Below are positions 26,114-35,612 of a DNA stretch of 44,179 bases, piece after piece. The position numbers and the translations under genes were made by a program. The notes beneath the pieces were generated by a model. That model saw only the letters and a program-made list of their open reading frames with translations, did not search any database and was not told the origin of the DNA. The stretch lies in NCBI GenBank assembly GCA_032279465.1, contig GCA_032279465.1_4357.1. The stretch is one strand, 5' to 3'. Positions within the stretch are counted from its first letter, which is position 1. The number at the start of each line of letters is the position of its first letter. Origin of the DNA: a phage.

Positions 26114-27244
26114 ATGGCCCGGAAGAAAATAACCGACGAACAGTTGCAGGAAGAATTGAACGCCGGTATGAAGAATGTAGATATCGCCCGTAAATACGGC
26201 ATCTCAGACCGCGTAATTCGTATCCGTAAAGCGAAGCTGGCTAAGAAAGGCGTGGGCCACGGGCGCGACGTTAGCCACCTTGTGCCAGACGGCTACAAGA
26301 TTAAAGGAACGTCGTCACTTGTGGACGAGTTCGGCAACACTAAGTTGCAATGGGTTAAGACTGATACCGACGCCGAACGTCAGGTTGAATTGATGGAAAC
26401 CGTAATAGAGGGCATGAAGTCAGAGATTACGCCCGTTGCGCCTGTTAAAGCGGCGCGCGCCAAACGTGACGACAAGCTACTCAATCTTTACACGGTATCT
26501 GATTTCCATCTCGGTATGCTGGCATGGGCCGATGAGAGCGGCGACGACTGGGGCATGAAGATTGCAGAAGACCTGTTCTCTCGGTGGTTCGACGCGGCGT
26601 TTCAGAAAGCACCGGATGCAGGAACAGGAGTTATTAACCTGCTTGGGGACTTCGCACACTTCGATAGTCTTGATGCCGTTACCCCCGAGTCACGCCATGT
26701 ATTAGATGCGGATACTCGCTATCAGAAACTGGTACGTTACATGATTCGTATGGTCCGCCGTGTTGTTGATATGGCGCTGGTTAAGCATCACACAGTAAAA
26801 CTTTTAATCGTTCAAGGTAACCACGACCCTGTTGGCTCCGTATGGCTTGCCGAAATGTTCACGGTTTTATACTCAAACGACAGCCGAGTGATTGTTGATA
26901 CGTCGCCGGATGTTTACAAGATGGTGCAACACGGCAAAACGACGCTGTTCTTCCATCACGGGCATAAAGCACGATTCGACGCTATCGAACCGGTTATGAT
27001 TGCCAAGTTCCGTAAAGCGTTCGGCGAGAGTGTTTACAGCTACGCCCACGTAGGCCATCTGCACCACCAGAAGATTGTAGAAAGCCGTAACATGATTGTT
27101 GGGCAACACCGCACCTTAGCGGCTAAAGACGCCTACGCCTCTCGCGGCGGATGGATGTCGGGCCGCAGTGCAAATGTAATTACTTATAGCGCCGAATATG
27201 GCGAGGTCGCACGTTTAACTATTTCACCGGAGATGCTGGGATGA
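26114..27244 (+). CDS. Calcineurin-like metallophosphoesterase with N-terminal HTH
   Basis: 376 aa; metallophosphatase motifs DFHLG, GDFAHFD, GNHD, HHGH, GHLHH; N-terminal DIARKYGISDRVIRIRK helix-turn-helix. Confidence 0.6.
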   Translation: MARKKITDEQLQEELNAGMKNVDIARKYGISDRVIRIRKAKLAKKGVGHGRDVSHLVPDGYKIKGTSSLVDEFGNTKLQWVKTDTDAERQVELMETVIEGMKSEITPVAPVKAARAKRDDKLLNLYTVSDFHLGMLAWADESGDDWGMKIAEDLFSRWFDAAFQKAPDAGTGVINLLGDFAHFDSLDAVTPESRHVLDADTRYQKLVRYMIRMVRRVVDMALVKHHTVKLLIVQGNHDPVGSVWLAEMFTVLYSNDSRVIVDTSPDVYKMVQHGKTTLFFHHGHKARFDAIEPVMIAKFRKAFGESVYSYAHVGHLHHQKIVESRNMIVGQHRTLAAKDAYASRGGWMSGRSANVITYSAEYGEVARLTISPEMLG

Positions 27245-27729
27245 AAGATATTGTAATTTTCGATTTAGACGGGACATTGGCTGACGGTACCCATCGCTTA
27301 CACCTGTTACCAAAAGATAACTACGGAGAAACGTGGGCGTGGAAGCCATTTAACATGGCCTGCAAAGATGACGCTCCGATATACGACAATATCCATTTGT
27401 GTAGCGTACTGTGGCATTCCGGACTTACTATAATTATCCTTACCGGGCGAAGTGATGACGCTGAGGAGGAGACTCGCGAATGGTTACGAGAGAATAACGT
27501 TAGGTTTGACACGCTAATCATGCGCGGCAAACACGACAACAGAAAAGACATCGTAATTAAAGAAGAGGTGTTGCGTGCTTTCGGACTGGAAAGAATCTTG
27601 TGTGCGTTCGACGACTCTCCAGCGGTAATAAAGCATTTCCGTGACCTCGGCATAACCGCACACGCAGTTACCGAATACGACTGTAACGGGAACTCTACAC
27701 ACTTAAAACCACACGGGAGCGATAAATAA
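27241..27729 (+). CDS. HAD-superfamily phosphatase/nucleotidase
   Basis: 162 aa; HAD motif I FDLDGTL. Confidence 0.6.
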   Translation: MKDIVIFDLDGTLADGTHRLHLLPKDNYGETWAWKPFNMACKDDAPIYDNIHLCSVLWHSGLTIIILTGRSDDAEEETREWLRENNVRFDTLIMRGKHDNRKDIVIKEEVLRAFGLERILCAFDDSPAVIKHFRDLGITAHAVTEYDCNGNSTHLKPHGSDK

Positions 27730-28283
27730 TGGCTAAGGTAATTATTCTTAATGGCCCTGCGGGTTGCGGGAAAGACACGCTTGCTATGGCGCTGGTAGAA
27801 ATGGGCTTTGCGAAAGGAACTACCAGTTTCAAGAATCCAATGTTCAATATTGCTTTGGCAGCGTTAGGCCAGGATGCTTACCACGAATTTCTCGACGGCT
27901 ACGACGACCGGGCGCGGAAAGAAAAACCCGAGGGTTTTCTTAATGGGTTGTCCCGCCGCCGGTTAATGATTGCCATTTCTGAGCAATTCATTAAACCGGT
28001 ATTCGGCGATGATTATTTCGGTAAGTATCTTGCTGAAAACTTGCCTGACGGCGACGAAGTTTTTGTAGTGTCCGATGGTGGATTCGCCAGTGAAGTTGCC
28101 CCTATCGTCGCCGCGGGGCATGACGTGCGAATCGTCCGCCTCCATCGTGACGGCTATACGTTCATCCGCGATAGCCGTGGCTATCTGTACGATGTTAGTG
28201 GTGTAAAAGATTACGACACCTACATCATACCGGGTGACGTTAAATCGAACGTTATAGACATTGCTTTAAAATTAGGTTTGTAA
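27729..28283 (+). CDS. Deoxynucleoside monophosphate kinase (T4 gp1-like)
   Basis: 184 aa; P-loop ILNGPAGCGKDT at N-terminus. Confidence 0.6.
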   Translation: MAKVIILNGPAGCGKDTLAMALVEMGFAKGTTSFKNPMFNIALAALGQDAYHEFLDGYDDRARKEKPEGFLNGLSRRRLMIAISEQFIKPVFGDDYFGKYLAENLPDGDEVFVVSDGGFASEVAPIVAAGHDVRIVRLHRDGYTFIRDSRGYLYDVSGVKDYDTYIIPGDVKSNVIDIALKLGL

Positions 28284-28287
28284 GAAA

Positions 28288-28315
28288 AAGGCCCCGAAAG
28301 GGGCCTTAGTTTTAT
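28288..28315. terminator. Bidirectional Rho-independent terminator
   Basis: Stem AAGGCCCC/GGGGCCTT with loop GAAA, then TAGTTTTAT; between dNMP kinase and convergent major tail gene. Confidence 0.65.
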
Positions 28316-29484
28316 GCGTAGGTGATACGTTGAATTACGATAGACGACTGGTACTGATTGCCGGTAGCCTGGCCTTCAATGGACTGAGTGATTGACTCAG
28401 GCCCACCAATCTCAGGTGTAACCGCCGTAAGCTCTGCACGTTTCAAACTGAAAGACATAGCCCCGTTTACCCCTGCCAGAATAGAGTTAATCTCTACCTG
28501 CTGCTCGTTGATAAACTTCTGAATCATCGCCATGTCGTACAGCTTACCGGAGATGGAGAAGGTGTTAGCTGCTCGGCTACGCTCCACAAACGCTACGTTA
28601 GTGTTGCCGAGTTCGAACTGTGCGGACGCGCTGTTGTCGTTGGTGATGGTCAGGCTATCGCAACGCAACGGCGTAGAACCGTCGAACACAGAAACATCGA
28701 CCGAGGAGAATGGCTCGTCACCAAAAGTAACAGATGAGAAGTTGGAACCGGTCGGCGGCGTAGTGAGAATCTCCTGACTGCGACCGATGAATGGGAAGCT
28801 GCCAGTTACCATCGCGTTAACAGCCTGTTCGATGGTAAAACCAGAAACTTCCACGCCTTTGGTTAACGTGTACGCGTCAGTACCGCCGCACTGGCCTTTG
28901 TACCAGGTAAGGATAGAGAACGTCTTACACGTGTTACCGGTTTCCAGCGTGTCGCCGGTTTTAGCCTTACTGGTTTTTGTCTCGGTGGTCAGGGTGTGTT
29001 GGATGCCCGCACCAGTAACAACGGTATCCGTTACTGCGGTAACAATAAATGGTTTTGCGTTATCGCCTGTTAAGTCGGTAAACGCAATCAGGTCGCCTAC
29101 CCCAACTCCGTCAGTGATAAAACTGCCGGTAGCGCGTGTGAACGTCTTGCCCGCGGGTGCGACGGTAATTGATAGCCCGGTCAGAGAACTACCGGCATGC
29201 CATGTAGAGCCTAAAGCGCCCGCCAGCCAGTCGTCCTGGCTTTTCGAGCTAAGCTCGATGGCGTATTCTCCACTAACCTGTTTGTTACCGGTGCGGATGG
29301 ACGTAGTTTCACGGCTGCCGTCCAGTTCGTTGGAGGTCAGCGTGTCGCGGGTAATGGCAGGAACGCCACCTGTGTTACGCAATGGTGACCAGACCGGGTT
29401 AGTCGGTGTTACGCCAGGGGTAGTTTCTGCCACATAGAATTGCGCGGTATTCGCGCCCTTAAAAGGAGTTGTAGCCATATTCAC
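28312..29484 (-). CDS. Major tail (tube) protein
   Basis: 390 aa, position after tail terminator-like gene and before chaperones. Confidence 0.55.
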   Translation of the reverse strand: MNMATTPFKGANTAQFYVAETTPGVTPTNPVWSPLRNTGGVPAITRDTLTSNELDGSRETTSIRTGNKQVSGEYAIELSSKSQDDWLAGALGSTWHAGSSLTGLSITVAPAGKTFTRATGSFITDGVGVGDLIAFTDLTGDNAKPFIVTAVTDTVVTGAGIQHTLTTETKTSKAKTGDTLETGNTCKTFSILTWYKGQCGGTDAYTLTKGVEVSGFTIEQAVNAMVTGSFPFIGRSQEILTTPPTGSNFSSVTFGDEPFSSVDVSVFDGSTPLRCDSLTITNDNSASAQFELGNTNVAFVERSRAANTFSISGKLYDMAMIQKFINEQQVEINSILAGVNGAMSFSLKRAELTAVTPEIGGPESITQSIEGQATGNQYQSSIVIQRITYA

Positions 29485-29897
29485 AGCCTCTTGGTGAATG
29501 CAATAAAGTTAATTGACAATGGTCGTTTGGCCCATCCGTTTTCTACAATCAGCGGCCCCAGGCTAACCGATTGAACCTCGGCGCAGATGTCGTTACGCGA
29601 AAATGCCTTACCTGATTTAAACGCCGTGTTAAGTAAGTCTGCCATTTTATTGATTGGCGCGCTACCTTTCACCGATGCGTAGTTAATGTCTATCTGATAG
29701 ACACCGGCGCGTTGTTCCGTGAAGAATAAGTCAGCCTGCTCGGTATCCGCCAGCAACATGTAACTTGCCAGATACGGCGTATCTGTTGACGTCGGCGCGT
29801 CGATGTTTTCAAGCGCTACCTTGATGCCGTTGGTGGTTCCGAAGGCTACCAGCGGCACATCAAACGCTTTTGTTAAGTCCTCAAAGTAGCCCATCAT
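29481..29897 (-). CDS. Tail terminator/completion protein (by position)
   Basis: 138 aa immediately upstream of major tail gene. Confidence 0.4.
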   Translation of the reverse strand: MMGYFEDLTKAFDVPLVAFGTTNGIKVALENIDAPTSTDTPYLASYMLLADTEQADLFFTEQRAGVYQIDINYASVKGSAPINKMADLLNTAFKSGKAFSRNDICAEVQSVSLGPLIVENGWAKRPLSINFIAFTKRL

Positions 29898-30289
29898 CTC
29901 ACCTTGCTAGCTTCTTCGTTAATGAGTTGCTGGAAGCGGGACACGTTAGTCCTGACGAATCCTTGCGGGGCCTGTTGCGACCAGCCATACTCCAGCCGTT
30001 GTGCATACGGCAGGTTATTTGTCAGCGTGAACTCATGCCAGTCGGTGGCTTTCAGCACGAAACTTGTAGCGTTTCCGGTTGCTGTGTTCCCTGATTTATC
30101 CGTAGCATCCGTAATCCCGGAAGCAGGAGTACCGCCAGATGCCATCCAGTTCATGCGAAACCGACCAGTATCTACCGGACTCGCCTTTATAATAGCGGAA
30201 AACAGCTTGATAGACACCTGACGCATCACCTTCTCAGGGTTCTTCTTCGCCTTTTCCACGAACTTAGAGACGTCCAGCGCGAAACTCAT
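29894..30289 (-). CDS. Head-tail connector protein, HK97 gp10-like
   Basis: 131 aa; SPVDTGRFRMNWM segment resembles HK97 gp10 family. Confidence 0.5.
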   Translation of the reverse strand: MSFALDVSKFVEKAKKNPEKVMRQVSIKLFSAIIKASPVDTGRFRMNWMASGGTPASGITDATDKSGNTATGNATSFVLKATDWHEFTLTNNLPYAQRLEYGWSQQAPQGFVRTNVSRFQQLINEEASKVR

Positions 30290-30645
30290 TTTCTCACCTG
30301 AATAAAGTAGGACACAACATCATCGTTAACCACCTTCTTCTCAATGGCTACGACGGACCATTGCTCGCCGCCGAATTGCACTTTGTCTTCCATCTTAGGA
30401 ACGACGCTGTAATCGGCTTTAACAATCATGTCGCCAGCCTGAATCGTCGTACCGTTCACCAGACCCGCATTAACAGGAACCGGAACGGCCTTCAACGGCA
30501 ACACTTCATCCGCAGACCAGACGTACTCACCGAGAACTTCGTCCCACACTTTCGAGCCAGCGCGAATCAGAGATACCGTGCTACCGAATTTGGTTAACAG
30601 GCGTGTACCTACGCCTTGCATACGTTTACTGAAAGCTGTGCTCAT
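30286..30645 (-). CDS. Head-tail joining protein (putative)
   Basis: ORF track 30286..30699; probable ATG 30645 behind GGAGG. Confidence 0.4.
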   Translation of the reverse strand: MSTAFSKRMQGVGTRLLTKFGSTVSLIRAGSKVWDEVLGEYVWSADEVLPLKAVPVPVNAGLVNGTTIQAGDMIVKADYSVVPKMEDKVQFGGEQWSVVAIEKKVVNDDVVSYFIQVRK

Positions 30646-31259
30646 CAGGCGGCCTCCAGTCTCGAGATAACCAGTAGCGCGGATGGTGCTGTACCCCATG
30701 AGGTTACGGTAGCCGCTTGCGGGTATACGCCGCCGAAGTTGCTTCCGGAGCTATCCCGCATAATCTGAACGGCAAAAGTCTGGCCTGCTGTTGGGTTAAT
30801 AACAACGCGAGATTCAATCGGGATTGTGGTGTCCGCGCTTACCAGTTTCGTGGCTGCTGGTGAGCCGTACTGAGCGCCGTTTACTAAAATACGTGATAGC
30901 AGGATTGACGTTCCGCTGGCACCTGTGCAGCCTGCCTGTAACTTGATGCGAACGGCGTAGTTACCCGCGGTGTTGAATGTAACAAGCCCCGCGGCATTAA
31001 TCATTACCGGGTCGGATGCACTACCCTGAGCTGCACCGAAAGTTAACTGCAATGCCGTATCTACCGCGGTAGGCGCTTGGGTTACCGTAGACGCGGCACG
31101 GAGAACTTCAACCTCTTTAACACCTGGAGTGGCGTAAATAGGTGAGTCAGCCATCTGTGTCATTACCTCGCGCAACGCTGCTGGGGTAATAAGCCCGGTA
31201 GTGTTATCGGGGAGGTTTGCGCCGATAAGAGTAAACATCTCTGATTTAGTCTTCGCCAT
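30645..31259 (-). CDS. Hypothetical structural protein
   Basis: 204 aa Ala/Thr/Gly-rich protein in connector region. Confidence 0.4.
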   Translation of the reverse strand: MAKTKSEMFTLIGANLPDNTTGLITPAALREVMTQMADSPIYATPGVKEVEVLRAASTVTQAPTAVDTALQLTFGAAQGSASDPVMINAAGLVTFNTAGNYAVRIKLQAGCTGASGTSILLSRILVNGAQYGSPAATKLVSADTTIPIESRVVINPTAGQTFAVQIMRDSSGSNFGGVYPQAATVTSWGTAPSALLVISRLEAA

Positions 31260-31261
31260 TT

Positions 31262-31774
31262 TTAACCCCGGTACACATTAAATGAGAAGCCGTTGTTAAG
31301 ACCACCACACAGTAACGGGCGTAAGGCGTCGTCAGCGGCGGTAATCGCGGTTGTGGCTCCGCTGTTGCCGTTGTTGAAGTAGGTAACTGTTACCGCACCC
31401 TCTACACGCTCGGTCTGCACGGAACGTCCATCGGAGTTAGCCCGAACATCAGTGCCCGCCCCATACGTAACAGCGGCGATTACCTGCGCCCGGATTAACT
31501 GCGGTGGGATAACATTATCAGCTACGGTGAAGCCGTTTAGTGTTGTTCCCGTACGTGGGTACGCCAGGGACTGCTCGGCGGATACGCGGTGGCCACACAT
31601 CTGAGGTTCTGCAAGCCCGACATAAGTAGCACCGTTGCGCAAGGCCACCTCTGCGGCGGTATCGTCTTCCGGTAGCTCAAGGCCATAATTAGCCGCTAAC
31701 GCGCGGGCGTCAGCCAGTGAGATGTACGAATCGGCCCCTTCTATAATTTGACCTGTTTCTACGGTTAAGGACAC
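31262..31774 (-). CDS. Head-tail adaptor-like protein (putative)
   Basis: 170 aa, position between capsid and tail genes. Confidence 0.4.
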   Translation of the reverse strand: MSLTVETGQIIEGADSYISLADARALAANYGLELPEDDTAAEVALRNGATYVGLAEPQMCGHRVSAEQSLAYPRTGTTLNGFTVADNVIPPQLIRAQVIAAVTYGAGTDVRANSDGRSVQTERVEGAVTVTYFNNGNSGATTAITAADDALRPLLCGGLNNGFSFNVYRG

Positions 31775-31777
31775 TTT

Positions 31778-32431
31778 TCACCCCTTCTTACAGTTATCAA
31801 AGTGCCACCTCTTTAGAAGAGATAGCGCCCCTTCGGTTCCGCAATGTGGGCATACCCCGCGCGGGCGTTTCATTCCAGTAAGTTTATCTGAAATTTTCTT
31901 GACAGTCTCGCCCTTTAACGTATGGCCCTTCTTAAAACTTCCGGAGTTAGGTTTTCTATTAACCTTGCCAACGATTCTATTTGGGTCCGCGAACTGGCAT
32001 TTCTTGCAGCAATATTTACGCGCTCGTGATTTAAAACGGTAGGGGATCGGCTGGTCGCATGTTACACATCGTTGTGGGTTTGCCATGTAATGCTCTATTC
32101 TGGCTTTTCTACTTGCAGTTTCCCAGGTAGCAATTCCTTTATTCCACGCCTTTTGCCCTAGATGTGCTTGTCTGAGATTTTCTATACGTTTATCAGAAAA
32201 TTTAACACCAGTATTCAACCTGGACATCTCTATAGCCCAAGCCTCTTTCGCCAACTTAAAGGAATGTGAGTTAACTTTTGACCTCTGATTGTTTTTAGGG
32301 TTAATACACATAACCCTCCAGGCGAAAGCTAGTTCTTTAGTCCCGTGTATCTTATAGAGAAGCCAATGCGCAATAAAATGCTGTCTAGCGCTCAAAGATA
32401 CAATATTGTCAAAAGTATCTCCACCACCCAT
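31778..32431 (-). CDS. HNH homing endonuclease with NUMOD3-like repeats and C-terminal zinc finger; canonical start lies inside the HNH motif
   Basis: 217 aa from ATG 32431; upstream in-frame codons read NAKINPFSGYTEKHHIVPKC before MGGGDTFDNIVSLSARQHFIAHW with no ATG/GTG/TTG back to stop at 32492; GHTLKGETVKKISDKLTG NUMOD3-like; CPHCG; AT-rich. Confidence 0.6.
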   Translation of the reverse strand: MGGGDTFDNIVSLSARQHFIAHWLLYKIHGTKELAFAWRVMCINPKNNQRSKVNSHSFKLAKEAWAIEMSRLNTGVKFSDKRIENLRQAHLGQKAWNKGIATWETASRKARIEHYMANPQRCVTCDQPIPYRFKSRARKYCCKKCQFADPNRIVGKVNRKPNSGSFKKGHTLKGETVKKISDKLTGMKRPRGVCPHCGTEGALSLLKRWHFDNCKKG

Positions 32432-32582
32432 GCATTTCGGGACTATGTGATGTTTTTCGGTATACCCACTAAACGGATTGATTTTTGCGTTCTATATTAA
32501 CTGTTCATAGATTTTGGCGTAGTTCATGATTCACCCTTTTCAATGGAGGATGGATTCATTATGCCAACTACGCCAGATATTA

Positions 32583-32762
32583 CTATTCCTCAGACTTACG
32601 GCGACGACGCTTAGTGCCGCCGCCGTTGTTGTGCGCTTCTTCGTTGTCCGGTTGTGTTGCAACCAGTTCTTCCGCTTCTACCGCACCGCGAACAGGCATC
32701 ACCTGACCGTTAACAACGTCAACGTGTGTGTACTTTTCGCGGATTACATAATTATCAGCCAT
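32583..32762 (-). CDS. Hypothetical small protein (59 aa)
   Basis: ATG 32762 overlaps stop of Ig-like gene; basic C-terminus GGGTKRRRRKSEE; below ORF-track cutoff. Confidence 0.3.
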   Translation of the reverse strand: MADNYVIREKYTHVDVVNGQVMPVRGAVEAEELVATQPDNEEAHNNGGGTKRRRRKSEE

Positions 32763-33141
32763 GACCTTTCCTTATTACGGCCCCTTCGGTGCCGTTGTAT
32801 TGCCTCACAGTTGCTACAGTGCTGCTGGAGATAATATTACCATATACATCGTGAACAACCACTTTATACGTACCGGAGTCGGCGGTAGTGGTCGACGCTT
32901 TAACATAGGTGGCTGCGGTAGCCCCCGCGATGGCGTTGTTGTTCTTGTACCACTGATAGGAATATGGCGCCAGACCGCCGGTTACGGTTACGGTCAGTGT
33001 CATAGTTTCACCTGCGGTTACTACGGTAGTGGCCGCCGGTGCGGGTGAGAAAGACGCAGGAGAAATAGTCCCCGTGTCAATCTTAGCGCCTACGGTATCC
33101 CCGGAGACGCCGGTAATGCGACGTTTGATTACATCAACCAT
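32755..33141 (-). CDS. Ig-like domain protein (possible capsid decoration)
   Basis: 128 aa; TVTVTGGLAPYSYQWYKNNNAIAGAT resembles Ig-like domains of phage decoration proteins. Confidence 0.5.
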   Translation of the reverse strand: MVDVIKRRITGVSGDTVGAKIDTGTISPASFSPAPAATTVVTAGETMTLTVTVTGGLAPYSYQWYKNNNAIAGATAATYVKASTTTADSGTYKVVVHDVYGNIISSSTVATVRQYNGTEGAVIRKGHG

Positions 33142-33153
33142 TTTTAAGCTCCT

Positions 33154-33453
33154 TTAGCTTACAGTTCCTGCGTTTTTAAGCGCAGTCAACAGATTTGCTA
33201 CGGTAGTGCGCAGCGCGGTAACATCGGTTCGGGGTTTGTTGTACTCCGCTACAAGGGCGTCGAACTCTTCCTTAGTCGGTGCCGCGGCGGACTGCACCCT
33301 GGCGGCGGCGGTAATGGCCGCAGGTGCAGCCACAGTAGCTGACTTTTTAACCCCACCAACTACGCTGGTAGTAGCAGGCGTGACTGGGATATCAAAGTCA
33401 CCGAAGTCGACATTCTGAAGGCTGCGCGGCAAGCCTTTTCCGGTCTTAGCCAT
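33154..33453 (-). CDS. Hypothetical head protein
   Basis: 99 aa directly downstream of major capsid gene. Confidence 0.4.
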   Translation of the reverse strand: MAKTGKGLPRSLQNVDFGDFDIPVTPATTSVVGGVKKSATVAAPAAITAAARVQSAAAPTKEEFDALVAEYNKPRTDVTALRTTVANLLTALKNAGTVS

Positions 33454-33512
33454 AATTTACCTCTTAGTAAATGAAAAGAGGGACCGAAGTCCCTCTCGAT
33501 TATAGCTTAACC

Positions 33513-34562
33513 TTAAGCACCGACGCCAGTTACCAGGAAGGCAATCGGCACATGCTTACGTTCAACAACACGGTTCCAGTTGGAGGCGTTCGCCAGGTCC
33601 TGCCAGGAAGCGGAGCGTGCGACAGTCTCTGTGCCGTTACCGGTGATTACTGCGCTGGTGAAGCTGTAGCCCAGTGGGTGCAGCAACCAGGTCTTACGGG
33701 TCCACAGGGTTTCGACGCCACCACCGTTGCCGCGAGACGCTTCGCGTTCGTATTCCAGCGGGTTGGACGGAGAACCTTCACCGTAACCGATAGCGCCGTT
33801 GCCGAAGATGACGGAGATGAACTTGCGGCTCGGGCCAGTGTCAACTACGGTCATGCTGTCGTCAACAATCACGCGGTAGCCCTGGTAGGTGGCGAACATG
33901 GTGTTGTTGTCCGCGTCACGGATGAAGTCGATAAGCTGCTGCTTACGTGCCTGCGCATAAACGAAGCTATGCATCGCGATAGCCCCCAGCACTTCACCGC
34001 CGTTGGCCATCAGAGCATCGCCCATAGTCTGGGTAGCGTCGATGAACGCGCCAGCATCGAAGCCCAGAGTATCAGACACGTCGATAACCATGTCGTTCTT
34101 CTCGTGGTAAGCATCGGTAGCAGCTACGTTGTCGTTGTACAGACCGAGCGCGGTAGCAATCAGACGGCGTTGTGCCTGGCGCTGCCAGAAGTTATCCAGA
34201 CGGGACGCTACGGATTGCAGCGGGTTCTGGCTGGTCAGTTCGACAGTCAAATCCGCCTGACCGAAACCTTCGTTCAGGTATGCAACGCGGGCCATCATCT
34301 CACCGGTCTGCACGTTACGCGGGGTGGCGATGTCCTGGTATACATCGTTCGAGTAGTTAGGCTCGATAGAGGTATCAATCGCTTTCCAGAACGGAATATT
34401 AGCGACGTTGGACGGGCCGCGGGCAATCTCGGCAGCGTACGGGGTCGGGGTCAGAATACCAGACTGGAAGAACGCGGTTTTTTCTACCGGGTCCTCGGTC
34501 ATATAAGACGCCAGGACCGGGATGTTGCCGGTTACGATATCGCCGATAGTGGTAATTGCCAT
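33513..34562 (-). CDS. Major capsid protein
   Basis: 349 aa, preceded by scaffold and followed by decoration-like genes. Confidence 0.7.
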   Translation of the reverse strand: MAITTIGDIVTGNIPVLASYMTEDPVEKTAFFQSGILTPTPYAAEIARGPSNVANIPFWKAIDTSIEPNYSNDVYQDIATPRNVQTGEMMARVAYLNEGFGQADLTVELTSQNPLQSVASRLDNFWQRQAQRRLIATALGLYNDNVAATDAYHEKNDMVIDVSDTLGFDAGAFIDATQTMGDALMANGGEVLGAIAMHSFVYAQARKQQLIDFIRDADNNTMFATYQGYRVIVDDSMTVVDTGPSRKFISVIFGNGAIGYGEGSPSNPLEYEREASRGNGGGVETLWTRKTWLLHPLGYSFTSAVITGNGTETVARSASWQDLANASNWNRVVERKHVPIAFLVTGVGA

Positions 34563-34564
34563 TA

Positions 34565-35266
34565 TTATTTCCTCAGGGCTTTAAGTTGCCGTTCAAATTC
34601 GGCAGGGTTCGATTTATACAGGGCTAAACGCTCTGCTTCACTCATGTCTTTAAACGCTGGTGCGGCCCCGCCGCCTTTGCTACCGGAAGCCCCGCCGCCG
34701 GAAGCTGCATTTGCTTTGATCAAATGCGAAAACGCCTTGTGTTCGCGCAGGTATTTGCGGAACTGTTCCGGGTCAGTCGTGATTACGTTACCGTCTGCGC
34801 CAACAAACTTAGTAACCACATCATCGCCTTCGAACTCAGTCTTAACGAACGGCGCAAGAATGTCCACTGCTTCTGGGGTAATAAAGTCACCCGCGAAAGA
34901 GCCTAGCACCGCTTTACGTTCGCTGCCGAGGATACGCTCTGCCATTCTGGAGATGCGACCGTCTTTCTCGGCTAACACCGGGTCATACTGGCTACGAATC
35001 GTCTTTTCGAACTCATCCATCTTACCAGCGGCTTTTAACGCCTCCTGGTGCGCGCGCTGCCGTTCTTCTTCGGCCTCTTTTGCTTTGCGAGCGGCTTCTT
35101 TCTTCTCCGCCAACAATGCTTCCTGATTAGCCTTAAGCCCGGCAACTTCTTTCTCAATCAGCGCCTGAACTTCTTCAGCGGTGAACATTTTCGGCGCGTC
35201 ACCGCCACCAGCTTTATCTTCTGCCCCAGCTTCTTCCTGGAACGGATAACGTAAAAAACGATTCAT
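34565..35266 (-). CDS. Scaffolding protein
   Basis: ORF track 34565..35320, probable ATG 35266; Ala/Glu/Lys-rich coiled coil immediately upstream of capsid gene. Confidence 0.6.
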   Translation of the reverse strand: MNRFLRYPFQEEAGAEDKAGGGDAPKMFTAEEVQALIEKEVAGLKANQEALLAEKKEAARKAKEAEEERQRAHQEALKAAGKMDEFEKTIRSQYDPVLAEKDGRISRMAERILGSERKAVLGSFAGDFITPEAVDILAPFVKTEFEGDDVVTKFVGADGNVITTDPEQFRKYLREHKAFSHLIKANAASGGGASGSKGGGAAPAFKDMSEAERLALYKSNPAEFERQLKALRK

Positions 35267-35348
35267 AGTCAGTATGTCCCCTGGACGTTGGAATCCGGGC
35301 CTCCCGGATTTACATGTCAAGAATAAATTATTCCAACATGCAAGGCAA

Positions 35349-35612
35349 CTATTCCAGAATATTCCTCACGTAATCCTGCAACATGAACACTTTCAGCCTC
35401 AGTTGCCGTACACATTCGGCGTTCTGAACGTCGATAGCCAAATCCTCATCGGCGTCGCTACTTGGCAGCGCCAGCTTGCACGGCGGCTGCATCATCGTCG
35501 TATCCGGGGATGGAATTGGCGTTGGCGACGGCGCGGGACTTGAACTGCACGCGCTCAGGGTCAAAAGTGCACACGCTGCGACCAGGCGTTCTAATGTACT
35601 TAACGACTTCAC
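35349..35612 (-). CDS. o-spanin (Rz1-like outer-membrane lipoprotein)
   Basis: Signal peptide with lipobox LSAC then Pro-rich SSSPAPSPTPIPSPD; starts inside Rz in another frame and extends past its stop. Confidence 0.55.
   Translation of the reverse strand: MKSLSTLERLVAACALLTLSACSSSPAPSPTPIPSPDTTMMQPPCKLALPSSDADEDLAIDVQNAECVRQLRLKVFMLQDYVRNILE

Noticed and set aside
32561-32614. 17-codon plus-strand ORF behind a GGAGGA Shine-Dalgarno between the HNH gene and the small minus-strand ORF
   Set aside because: Too short to support, overlaps the minus-strand small ORF, no other evidence
33471-35126. 551-aa plus-strand ORF
   Set aside because: Antisense to the capsid and scaffold genes, low-complexity Ala/Arg/Gly/Ser-rich translation, no start context; a GC-rich antisense frame, not a gene
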